A stretch of 64,000 bases of DNA from an uncultured delta proteobacterium (GCA_963711835.1 CAVQFQ010000004.1:431607-495606); one strand, 5' to 3'; counted from the first letter of the stretch, positions 20,786-29,931 are shown. The notes: generated by a model from the letters alone, not told the origin. A program made the numbers and translations.

Positions 20786-20932
20786 CCCGCCTGCATTTTC
20801 AAAAAGAGGGCCGTCGTCGTAAAAACTTGCTGATAATATTAGAGATTTCAATTTGAGGAAACTTCGGGGCTAAAAAGGGCCACAAATAACCGCCCGGAAG
20901 GTGGGAAAAACTTTCTCCTTATTTTCCCTTTG

Positions 20933-20976
20933 GTTGCTTAGACAGTCTGTTTTGAGAATTTATCCCTAACGTTCAA
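20933..20976. repeat. 44-bp block repeated at 23853-23896 (candidate enhancer/UAS)
   Basis: GTTGCTTAGACAGTCTGTTTTGAGAATTTATCCCTAACGTTCAA vs GTTGTTTAGACAGCCTGTTTAGAAAATCTATCTCTAACTTTCAA, 37/44 identical, ungapped. Confidence 0.7.
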
Positions 20977-23291
20977 TCCTTCTCTTCTAAGACCTCTTTG
21001 ACAAAGACAGCCACCAAATCCGGATCAAATTGTGATCCCGCGTGGCCTTCAAGCTCTGCTTTGGCTTCTTCGGGACTGAGGGCCTTGCGATAGGGCCGGT
21101 CGTTCATCATGACATCAAAGGCATCCAGGATAAAAACCATCCTGGCGACCAAGGGGATTTCCTCACCCTTTAAGCCTCTGGGGTATCCTCTCCCATCCCA
21201 CCGTTCATGGGCCGACCAGATCGCTTCGGCAACCGAGGCAATCTCCGGGGTGGCCCTGGCGATGCGGTATCCTGTTTCAGGGTGCTTCTTTATGATCTTA
21301 AATTCTTGATCGGTCAGGGGGCCGTTTTTATTCAAAATATCATCCGGGATAACGACCTTCCCAATATCGTGGAGTTCCGTGGCCAGGACCACCTTCTTGG
21401 ATTCCTCCTCGGACAACCCGACTTTTTCAGCAAACTTTTGGGCCAGGCTCTGCATACGCCCCATGTGTTCTTCGGTGCCGTGGTCCTTTTCAACCATGGT
21501 GGCCTTGAGGACCGTTAGGATTGATTTTCGGACATCTTCCCGTTTGGGGATCTTTTCCCGAAGAAGCCGCCTGTCCGCTTCCTTGAAGGATTCGAGCAAT
21601 GTTTTTGAGAAATCATCCCGGGCATCACCACCCATCGAAACACTGATCGGATGCTTTCCTTTCGGCAATCCATTATTATACGAAAGGAGGCTGTTTTTAA
21701 AACGCAGGACAGCGGCTTCTATCTTGGTTTGGTCGATATTCTTTAAAATTACGGCGAACTCGTCGCCGCCGATCCGGGCGATCACATCGGAAGGGCGAAA
21801 GCTCTTCTTCAGCAGGCCGGCCACCTCTTTTAATAGACGATCCCCTTCCGGGTGCCCGAAGGTATCATTGACGAATTTCAGGCCGTCGATATCGAGCAAC
21901 AGGATGCCGACTTTCATCTCCCGCTCATTGGAAAGAAGCCTCATTTCTTCTTCGAAAAAGTTGCGGTTATAGAGACCGGTTAGAGGATCATGGGTGGCGG
22001 CCTGTTTGAGCTGCTCTTCCGCCTGTCGCCTTTCGGTGATATCCCGGAGTATGACCGTCAAGAATTTTTCATTTCCGGTCCGGTAGGAAGCCGCGGAGAT
22101 TTCAATAGGGAATTCGGTTCCGTCCTTTTTAAGGCCCAGGGTCTGGATGGTAATCTCGGCTCCCGGTTCGGGATCTTCCATCAGCAGCCGATTAAATTCA
22201 TTTTGATAATAATGGTGGTCGTCACTTTCCTTGATCAGGAGGGTAACCGATTCGCCGATCACTTCCTGGTCGGTATAGCCGAAAATGACCTCGCCAGCCG
22301 GGCTCCAGGTTAAAATGGTTCCTTGGCCGTCCAGGGTAAAGATGGCTTCACTGGCCGTCTCGATCAAGGACCGGAACCGTTCCTCGCTGTCGAGCAGGGC
22401 GCTTTCGAACCGTTTTCTTTCTTCGATTTCCTGCTGCATCAATTCGTTGGCGCGGGTTAATTGAGAGGTTCGCCCATCGACCTGGTTTTGATACTGCTTG
22501 AGTTGTACCAGCATGGTATTAAAGGCCTGAGCCAAGTCAGAGATCTCATCATTGGACTTGATGGAGATATAACCGTCAAATTTCCGGTCGGCAATTTCTT
22601 CAGCGGCCTTCTGTAAACGCTGGGCCGGAGAGGTTATCCTCTTGGTCAAAAAGAAGGTTAACCCCACCCCGACTAAAACCAGCAGAACGGTAATCAAGGC
22701 GGTATTCAGGATAAAATGGGAGATCCGGGTATTGATCTTCTCCTGGCCCAGCCCTAAATAAACAAACCCAAGCAGTTGGGGTTGCTTTTTGGAATTTCGC
22801 GGGTCGTCAATGGAGAATTCAGGCAGGATGACCCCCTCTGAACTTTTCCAGACCGGTGCCCGGACTTCGAAATATTCCTTGCCGTCGCTCTCATTAATAA
22901 ATTCGCCAAACGCGGTTTGCTCCGGTGGTGAGGCCCTGAATCGGCTACCTTCCTTTAATAAGGCCACACTGGGATTAAACAGGATTTCGGTCAGAATGGT
23001 ATCTGCCGCGCTTTTAATACGGACATAGACAATGTCCGAGTTCAGGGCCAGCCCCTTAACAATCTGCGACAGGGAGGCCTTATTGCCCTGAAGGATTCCC
23101 GGCTCACAGGTCTTGGCGGTCATCTCCGCCAGCACCAGGCCGTGATCCAAAAGCTCCTGGCGGACATTTTTCATCTCGGCCTTGACAACAAAATAGGATA
23201 GACCGACGGCCGTCATCAAAATGGAGAAAATAGTCAGTAAATTGAATTTGGTGGCCAGGCTAAGCCGGATTTTTTTTCGGTTTTTTTTCAT
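20973..23291 (-). CDS. Membrane-bound HAMP-PAS-GGDEF-HD-GYP c-di-GMP signalling protein
   Basis: Two TM segments around a periplasmic domain, HAMP (DEISDLAQAFN), PAS, RPSD-x5-GGDEF, HDIGK and HERWDGRGYP. Confidence 0.93.
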   Translation of the reverse strand: MKKNRKKIRLSLATKFNLLTIFSILMTAVGLSYFVVKAEMKNVRQELLDHGLVLAEMTAKTCEPGILQGNKASLSQIVKGLALNSDIVYVRIKSAADTILTEILFNPSVALLKEGSRFRASPPEQTAFGEFINESDGKEYFEVRAPVWKSSEGVILPEFSIDDPRNSKKQPQLLGFVYLGLGQEKINTRISHFILNTALITVLLVLVGVGLTFFLTKRITSPAQRLQKAAEEIADRKFDGYISIKSNDEISDLAQAFNTMLVQLKQYQNQVDGRTSQLTRANELMQQEIEERKRFESALLDSEERFRSLIETASEAIFTLDGQGTILTWSPAGEVIFGYTDQEVIGESVTLLIKESDDHHYYQNEFNRLLMEDPEPGAEITIQTLGLKKDGTEFPIEISAASYRTGNEKFLTVILRDITERRQAEEQLKQAATHDPLTGLYNRNFFEEEMRLLSNEREMKVGILLLDIDGLKFVNDTFGHPEGDRLLKEVAGLLKKSFRPSDVIARIGGDEFAVILKNIDQTKIEAAVLRFKNSLLSYNNGLPKGKHPISVSMGGDARDDFSKTLLESFKEADRRLLREKIPKREDVRKSILTVLKATMVEKDHGTEEHMGRMQSLAQKFAEKVGLSEEESKKVVLATELHDIGKVVIPDDILNKNGPLTDQEFKIIKKHPETGYRIARATPEIASVAEAIWSAHERWDGRGYPRGLKGEEIPLVARMVFILDAFDVMMNDRPYRKALSPEEAKAELEGHAGSQFDPDLVAVFVKEVLEEKD

Positions 23292-23346
23292 GTCACTTGA
23301 GAAACAACCCCTTCCGAAATACCCTCTGGCAGGGCGGTAATTTTTT

Positions 23347-23654
23347 GGTATCGTTCAAAAGTTGTGGCATTATATTTCTGATACCGGAGGGAAGGGGACC
23401 GGTGGTCTTGATTTCAAGGTTGTCCACCATAAACTCCTCACTTTGAAACCGGGCTGGAAGGGTGACGATAATGCCTTAAGCAGGCCTTCACCAAAGCTGT
23501 TTGTCCGGTTGGGTGAATGCCCGGCTCTAAACCAACCTTAGAAATCTGGGCCGGATTGGCGGGAAAGATCCCCCTTTGGACAAGCCTTGAAATCAAGACC
23601 ACCGGTCCCCAGTCAGGCCATAATGCGCCAATGCCAAAACTTTTGAACGATACT
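23347..23654. mobile_element. MITE, family C (core homologous to family B, different TIRs)
   Basis: TIRs GTATCGTTCAAAAGTT / AACTTTTGAACGATAC; flanking direct repeat AATTTTTT (23339-23346, 23655-23662); stem GGGGACCGGTGGTCTTGATTTCAAGG / CCTTGAAATCAAGACCACCGGTCCCC. Confidence 0.85.
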
Positions 23655-23699
23655 AATTTTTTAGAGAGCTCCAACACTATAAAACCCCCCAAAATTATT

Positions 23700-23715
23700 T
23701 GCAAATTCTATTCCC
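23700..23715 (-). promoter_or_regulatory. sigma54 (-24/-12) promoter
   Basis: Minus strand gGGaatagaattTGCa (GG-N10-GC), oriented toward the GGDEF/HD-GYP gene, followed upstream by an AT-rich tract and the 44-bp block. Confidence 0.55.
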
Positions 23716-23912
23716 GGGATTTAGGTGCCTTGGGGCGGAAAAGCGATTTAAATAACCTATCAAAATAATTAATTAAAACGACTTAGAAGCCTGGACTGAA
23801 AAATTGGAGGCGCCTTGACCGGCCCAACTATGGTCTAAAACTTCATTTTTTAGTTGTTTAGACAGCCTGTTTAGAAAATCTATCTCTAACTTTCAAGGAT
23901 AGAAAAAGATAT

Positions 23913-24303
23913 GGAATAGCCAAAGGTTCCGTGATTCTCAACCCGAAGGGGTAGCCTCTTAAAAAATTACATCACCACAAAGGGCTTCGGGGATCTTGAT
24001 TTCAAGGATCGTCTGCCAAAACGCCAGCAGTCTGACCCCGGCAAGTAGTTTATAAGTGGTTTTGAAACAGGCCAACACCAGAGCGATTTACCATCTTGGA
24101 TGAATTCCCGGATCCCAACCAACTTAGTCCGCCGCGGCGGACGGGCCGGGTTCTTCGCATCCAAAACAATGCTCAGTCCCACTCCTGCGGAGTGGATCCC
24201 AGTTTGGGGCTATGGATACCCTTTCGGACAATCTTGAAATCAAGACCCCCGAAGCCCTCGACGAATGGATGGCCTAAAAATCACCTGACCTTGGGACAAA
24301 CTC
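23913..24303. mobile_element. MITE, family B, copy 2 (carries extra inserts)
   Basis: Colinear with 10336-10667 from end to end; right end CCTTGGGACAAACTC identical; flanks AAAGATAT / AAAAATTT (6/8, decayed TSD). Confidence 0.85.
24153..24205. mobile_element. 53-nt mini-insertion element, copy 1 (inside MITE B2)
   Basis: Absent from B1; its reverse complement matches 48440-48492 at about 74%. Confidence 0.7.
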
Positions 24304-24332
24304 AAAAATTTCAAATAGCTTTAGGTTGGGTT

Positions 24333-25262
24333 TCAGGCGGCCCCACCTCTTAAACCGATTTTGGAGGTCTTTCTTTTTGCCGCCTCACAGATGGCTGAAA
24401 TCACTTTCTTGGAAGAAGCCACCACAATCCCCCCCAGCAGGCGGGCCGCCTCCAGGCTGGCCAGACGGCGGATGGACTTGGTTTCCAATTTCACCAAGGC
24501 CCCGCAATATTTTTTTGTAATGATCCCGGTGCGCAGGGTCAGATAGGCATTGGCTGTCCCGTCCAGGAGGGAATTGGTAACGATCGCAGCGGCCACCTTG
24601 ACGCCGGGAACCAGGCCGGCCAGAGACGTCCCGACCACATTAGTAATAATGGGCTCAATTTGTTCGCTGATATCCAGGTCCTCCAGTTCCAAGGCCAGAA
24701 AAGTAGCCGCCCCGACGTTAGCGTAAAGATGAAACATATCTCGGACAGCCGGTCGCTGGTTATAGATGTGGGCGACTTGCCAAACTAGACCTAACTGGGC
24801 CGCCAAAACAGTAATGGCATCCAGCCGACCCGACTGGGAAACGGCAGTGCTGACGAAAACGGTCGCGGCGGCCTTCTTGGTTGTCTCATCCGCCTTTCGG
24901 TCCAAAATCCGGATGGCCTTTTCTATGTCCGCCCGCCTTGAAAAATCGGAGACCATCTCTTTTAAGTGACGATTAAACACAAGTCGCCGGCCAAGTGCGG
25001 TTAAAAAGGAAGTGAATTCGGGAGAGGGTTCACGGTCTGGAGGTATGAGGGGTTTGGGAAGTCTCAGGAATAAATACACCGGAATCAGAATCGCAACGGC
25101 GTAAAACAGGATCAGACTGTATAAGACGGCCTTTCCGAAGACTTCATGAACGGAATGGGCCAACTGAACTACCTGGTTGGTCTGGTTTATAACAAACAGA
25201 ATGAAACCGAGAATAATGAAGGCTGCGGCCAGGGTAATGGCCTTACGAATAGGTCTGGTCAT
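24333..25262 (-). CDS. YcjF/DUF697 family membrane protein
   Basis: N-terminal TM segments, STAVSQSGRLDA, QVAHIYNQRP and DGTANAYLTLRTG. Confidence 0.75.
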   Translation of the reverse strand: MTRPIRKAITLAAAFIILGFILFVINQTNQVVQLAHSVHEVFGKAVLYSLILFYAVAILIPVYLFLRLPKPLIPPDREPSPEFTSFLTALGRRLVFNRHLKEMVSDFSRRADIEKAIRILDRKADETTKKAAATVFVSTAVSQSGRLDAITVLAAQLGLVWQVAHIYNQRPAVRDMFHLYANVGAATFLALELEDLDISEQIEPIITNVVGTSLAGLVPGVKVAAAIVTNSLLDGTANAYLTLRTGIITKKYCGALVKLETKSIRRLASLEAARLLGGIVVASSKKVISAICEAAKRKTSKIGLRGGAA

Positions 25263-25305
25263 AGGCACCTCTCCTGCCACCCTACCCCAAGGGAACCTAT
25301 GGGCC

Positions 25306-26289
25306 TCATCCCCTGAGGACAAAAAGAATTAACGGGAGGGATTCTCCGGGAGAAGGCCTCGACGGGGACAGGGTCAGATAGGCTCTGCCGTTTGCTGCCA
25401 GTCCAAGCCCGGTCAAGGCAGTCTGGAGGTCATGGGCCAATCCTTCCCTTTCCGACGGCGCCGAGGTCTTGATTAGGTTGTTGAGGGTTTCTCGAATCGG
25501 CCTCAGGACCTCTTTTTGTGGCCAACTTTTTAACCTATCTTGAAAGGTTTTAAAGGGAATGGACCCGATCTCCGGCAAGGGGATCCATAAAGCCTGCTTG
25601 TCTTCAAAGTCCAACCCGAAAAACTCCGAACCGACCCATCGTTGGGTGCTCAGGAGACAGGAGGATTCGGGTCCAAGCTCGGTTTTCAATTTCCACCAGG
25701 CCTTAAGAGCTGGGGTACAGACTATCTCGGTCTGCCGGCGTTCAACGAATCCCGATTCAAATTTTCCCCAATTCACCGCTTCCTCAAAACCCTCTTGCCA
25801 TCCCTCGGACAAGGATTTTTCGCCGGCCTCAATTTTTTTCAGGGACTGAACGATTTCCCATTCCTGCAGCATCCAATCGTGGATCAGGCTGAGAAGAATA
25901 TCCCCCTCCAGCCGGTTTTCAGGCTTTTCATTCTCGGCCGGAGGTCTCCCCCGGAGGAGGCTTAAAATTTCGTCCCGGCTTTCCAGGGGCACTGCCGGCC
26001 TGGCTTCTTTGAGCACCTCAAGAAAACTCCGGTCAGGGTTGCCGGCCAGAAAAGTCTGAATTTCCCTTAATCGTTTATCTTTTTCCCGGATCTCCTCCCG
26101 GGTTCTTTGAGGGGAAAGGATTTGAACCAAGCCCTGAACGATGAGGCCTTCATAAGGAACAGGAAGCCGCAAAGGGAAGGGATGAAGAAAGGTAACCTGG
26201 TCAAACAATATCAAAGACCAGGCCAGGGGTTCCTCCTCGATCAGGGTGTAGGGGCAGATCAGAACTTTCTGGAGTAAAGGGCTTTTCAT
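25306..26289 (-). CDS. Hypothetical protein
   Basis: 327-aa ORF with ATG start, co-oriented with the YcjF-like gene; no motif recognised. Confidence 0.7.
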   Translation of the reverse strand: MKSPLLQKVLICPYTLIEEEPLAWSLILFDQVTFLHPFPLRLPVPYEGLIVQGLVQILSPQRTREEIREKDKRLREIQTFLAGNPDRSFLEVLKEARPAVPLESRDEILSLLRGRPPAENEKPENRLEGDILLSLIHDWMLQEWEIVQSLKKIEAGEKSLSEGWQEGFEEAVNWGKFESGFVERRQTEIVCTPALKAWWKLKTELGPESSCLLSTQRWVGSEFFGLDFEDKQALWIPLPEIGSIPFKTFQDRLKSWPQKEVLRPIRETLNNLIKTSAPSEREGLAHDLQTALTGLGLAANGRAYLTLSPSRPSPGESLPLILFVLRG

Positions 26290-26446
26290 TAAAAAAATCT
26301 ATGAAAAATCAAGGTCTTTGTCAATAAAAACCTCGGGTTTTCCTTCAAATAATTTCCTTGTAAGCGGATAAAAGCCGGTGGTATATTTTTATCGAATGGT
26401 CTGTTTTGTCCTGTATTGTCTTGGGCAAAAAATATTTATTGAACCA

Positions 26447-27244
26447 ATGCCAAAAATAACAGCCAACGGAATCGAAATCTATTATGAAATTCATGGCCGG
26501 GGAGATCCCCTGATCCTGATCATGGGGCTCAGGAGAAATGCCGAGTGGTGGTACGGCCAGCTCCCCGCCTTGTCAAAAAAGTTTCAGGTTCTGGTGTTTG
26601 ACAACCGGGGAGCCGGCCGCTCGGACAAACCGGCCATGGATTATTCCATTCCCCTCTTTGCCGACGATACGGCGGCCCTGATGCAGGCCCTAGGTATCCA
26701 CCAGGCCCATGTGCTGGGGATTTCCATGGGCGGCTACATCGCCCAGGAACTGGCCATCAACTACCCGGGGACGGTCAGGGGCCTGATCCTGGGCTGCACC
26801 GGTCCCGGCGGCAGCAGGGCGGTCCTGATGAGCCCGGAGCGGCTGGCCACTTTTATTGCCAATAAGGGGCTCACCCCGGAACAAATCCTGCGCAAGGATA
26901 TGGATATTTTTTTTTCAGAAAGATTCATCCAAGAAAACCCGGAAAAGATCAAGGAGTTCGTTGAGATTTCTATGCGCTACTATCAGCCCCCCGAGGCCTT
27001 CCTGCGGCAATTTGCCGCCTGCCAGGCCCATGATACCGGAGACCTCCTCCACCGGATAACCCATCCCACCCTGATCCTATCCGGAGATGACGATCCCCTG
27101 GTTCCCCCTGAAAATTCGCGTCTGCTGAAAGAACTCCTTCCCCAGGCGGAACTCTTTTTTTCCCCCGGCGGCCGCCATTGCTTTTTTATCGAGGCCGCCG
27201 AATCGTTTAATCATAAGGTGCTCGATTTCCTTAAAGCCCTTTAG
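26447..27244 (+). CDS. Alpha/beta hydrolase (enol-lactonase/esterase-like)
   Basis: FDNRGAGRS, nucleophile elbow GISMGG, acid GDDDPLVP and His in GGRH. Confidence 0.9.
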   Translation: MPKITANGIEIYYEIHGRGDPLILIMGLRRNAEWWYGQLPALSKKFQVLVFDNRGAGRSDKPAMDYSIPLFADDTAALMQALGIHQAHVLGISMGGYIAQELAINYPGTVRGLILGCTGPGGSRAVLMSPERLATFIANKGLTPEQILRKDMDIFFSERFIQENPEKIKEFVEISMRYYQPPEAFLRQFAACQAHDTGDLLHRITHPTLILSGDDDPLVPPENSRLLKELLPQAELFFSPGGRHCFFIEAAESFNHKVLDFLKAL

Positions 27245-27252
27245 GATAATCT

Positions 27253-28156
27253 ATGGCCCTGACAAAAAAAAAGGGGGGGGGGGTTTTTGATCCTCCTCGT
27301 GAGTCTTCTGATAACCGCCTCATCTCTAAAAGCGGATATTTTAGGCCCCTTAATTACCGAAACAGCCGATCCCATCGGCAAACATAACTTGGCCTTGCAG
27401 TTTTCGTCTTTTCTCTTCATCAAAGCCGGTGATTACGACGATCAGGGGGGGAAAAAGGTTCTTCCCGGTGGCGATCGCAATAATAAGCTAACTGCGGTTC
27501 TTAAACCCGTTTACGGTTTGCTGAACACGATGGATCTCTTCGCCGAGATCCCCTACCAAGTTAACTTCGCCCGTCAGGGGAGTGCCTCAGCCCAGGACGG
27601 AGGCCTGGCTGATATTTTTTTGGGGGCCAAATACCGCTTTTGGGAGGGGAAAGAGGATAGCTGGCAACCCTCTCTGACCGGAATTTTTAAGGCCAAGTTC
27701 CCCACCGGGGAATACGAACACCTCTCTCCGGATAAACTGGAGACCGATAAGACCGGGAATGGTTCTTATGAATATTACCTCTCGGCCATTGTTTCAAAAA
27801 CTTGGGGGGACTGGTGTCTTCATTTTAATCTGGGTTATAACTGGACAACGGAAGTCTCTGTCGACGGGGTCCAAACTAAACACGGAAACATTTGGTTCTA
27901 TAATTTGGCCGCCGAATGGTCGTTTGACAAAAATTGGGATTTGATCGCCGAACTGAATGGTTGGCAACAAGAAAAAACCAGGGAAAACGGCCAGCCGGTA
28001 GATTACACAGATGCCCGCACCCTGGCTTTCATCCTCGCTTTAGGTTGGAGAGTCCACGATAATACCTTCGCTCTGGCCGGGGTTTCTTTTCCCCTAAGTG
28101 GGAAGAATACTGAATTTGGCCTTACTCCCGGGCTTTTGCTTAATATTAATTTTTAA
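27253..28156 (+). CDS. Outer-membrane beta-barrel, MetA-pathway/SphA-like transporter family; start separated from the body by an A9G11 tract
   Basis: DGGLADIFLGAKYRF, KFPTGEY, GNGS, alternating beta-strand pattern and terminal Phe; ATG at 27253 is 1 nt out of frame with the body. Confidence 0.75.
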
Positions 28157-28160
28157 AGGA

Positions 28161-28817
28161 CTATTGACTGTCGGAATAAAGTACGGCCAGGATCAGGGCC
28201 GGTTCGGCCTCATGGCATTCCACCAGGTGGGGGAGAGTGGAATGATAATAAATGGAATCTCCCGGACAGAGAACATCCGTAAAATCGGAGAGGGTTACTT
28301 TGACCATTCCGTTCAGCACATAGATAAATTCCTCCCCTTCGTGCCGGGAAGGTTTCTTGGAACCCGAAGCCGGTTCGAGCGTGACCAGGAAAGGCTCCAT
28401 GTGCCATTCCTTCATTTCAGGACACAGGGACTGGTAAGAATAGCCGTAAGACAGTCCGGCCTTGGAGGCAAACCGGGATAATAACTTCCCCTCCCCTTGG
28501 CGGACGATCGTGAAGGCCTTTTCCCCCGGGGCGGATATCAACGCCCCCATCTTCATCTCCAAAGCCTTGGCCAGTTTAATCAGCGTCCCGAGGGAGGGCG
28601 ATATGACATGATTTTCAATCTGGGAAAGCATGGCCTGGGAAAAGCCCGTTCGTTCGGACAAAACCTGCAGGGAGAGGTTTTTATCATTTCTCAACTGTTT
28701 GATGCGCTCTCCTACCGAAATCGCATCCGGGGCCTCCTGGCCCTTCTCTTCCCCGCTTAAGGTGTCCAACAAAACTTCGTGGGAGTCCCGTCCCTCTCCA
28801 AAAATATCCTGAGCCAT
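28161..28817 (-). CDS. XRE-HTH plus cupin transcriptional regulator (PuuR-like)
   Basis: LSQIENHVISPSLGTL HTH; MEPFLVTL, HEGEEFIYVL and GDSIYYHSTLPH. Confidence 0.92.
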   Translation of the reverse strand: MAQDIFGEGRDSHEVLLDTLSGEEKGQEAPDAISVGERIKQLRNDKNLSLQVLSERTGFSQAMLSQIENHVISPSLGTLIKLAKALEMKMGALISAPGEKAFTIVRQGEGKLLSRFASKAGLSYGYSYQSLCPEMKEWHMEPFLVTLEPASGSKKPSRHEGEEFIYVLNGMVKVTLSDFTDVLCPGDSIYYHSTLPHLVECHEAEPALILAVLYSDSQ

Positions 28818-28936
28818 GAAACCTCCAAAAAAGATGGGTTCGAGTCCGCTATGGCGGAAAGGGTTCGAGGGTTAGGGCCAAAAAAGGCTTTTACTTAATC
28901 TTGACCCGGCCCCTGGAATCCCGGGACCCTTCTTTT

Positions 28937-29632
28937 TCACTTTTCCTGCGTATACAGTACGGCCAGAATTTTGGCATTCCGGCTTCCCCAACAACGCACC
29001 CGATGGGCCATAGTGGAATCATAATAGATGGAATCTTCCGATCCCAGAATTTCCCGGTTCTCCCCCAGGAGCACTTCAATCTGCCCCTCTAAAACATAAA
29101 TAAACTCTTCCCCGTCATGCGTGGAGGTGGGTTCCTCCTGGGTGGTCGGTTCCAGAGAGACCAAAAAGGGTTCCATATTCCGGTCTCTTTTTTCCGGTGC
29201 CAGAGATTCGTAGGAATATCCGTAGCGAAGCGTTTTTTGGGACCCGTAGCGAGAAACAATTTTACGGTTCTTTTTCCGAACTACCGTATAGGGCCTGGTT
29301 TCCCCCTGGACCAGCAGATAGCCCATCTTCATTTCCAGGGCCCGGGCCAGCTTGACCAGATCGCCCAGGGGAGGCAAAACCTGGCCGTTTTCAATCTGGG
29401 ATATCAGGGATTCCGGGAACCCGGTTCGTTGAGCCACATCCAGCAGAGAGAGCTGCTTCATTTCCCGAACCGCCTTTATCCGCGCCCCTACCGACTGGGA
29501 AATCGGGACCTCCTCAACCATTCCCGAAGAACGACTGATGCCGTCCAAAAAATCCGCTTCTGCGGAAGGGGAAAAATCCTTCATATTTTCCAAGAGGTCG
29601 CCGTACCCCTTTTCTTCTTTGGGTTCTTCCAT
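28937..29632 (-). CDS. XRE-HTH plus cupin transcriptional regulator (tandem paralogue)
   Basis: ISQIENGQVLPPLGDL; MEPFLVSL, HDGEEFIYVL and DSIYYDSTMAH. Confidence 0.92.
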   Translation of the reverse strand: MEEPKEEKGYGDLLENMKDFSPSAEADFLDGISRSSGMVEEVPISQSVGARIKAVREMKQLSLLDVAQRTGFPESLISQIENGQVLPPLGDLVKLARALEMKMGYLLVQGETRPYTVVRKKNRKIVSRYGSQKTLRYGYSYESLAPEKRDRNMEPFLVSLEPTTQEEPTSTHDGEEFIYVLEGQIEVLLGENREILGSEDSIYYDSTMAHRVRCWGSRNAKILAVLYTQEK

Positions 29633-29931
29633 AAAAAGTCTCCTCTGGTACACCCTGAGTTGGACCGGACGACCAAGTCCCTTGATTGAAATATACCAAA
29701 GGAAAAATCAGGAAACAAGAACTTTATCCCGACCATAACCTCCTTCAGAACCCTGTTACGGGAAACTTTGACTTGACAAAAACCTTGAATTTATTATTCT
29801 TAAGTCTATCTGGAGGCTGGTCAACCGCGGATCCAAGCCTTAATAACAGGCGCAAAATAATACAGATGGAAAAGACAGCATCAGTCGGTACAGGCCATTA
29901 TGAGAAGGTTACCGGCAAGCATCGAGGGAAT

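Noticed and set aside
29686-29931. N-terminal extension of the metallophosphoesterase (similar extensions at 38169, 57228, 9744 and 6199)
   Set aside because: Longest-ORF artefacts running through promoter, tRNA or MITE DNA; family motifs and SD sites indicate downstream starts.
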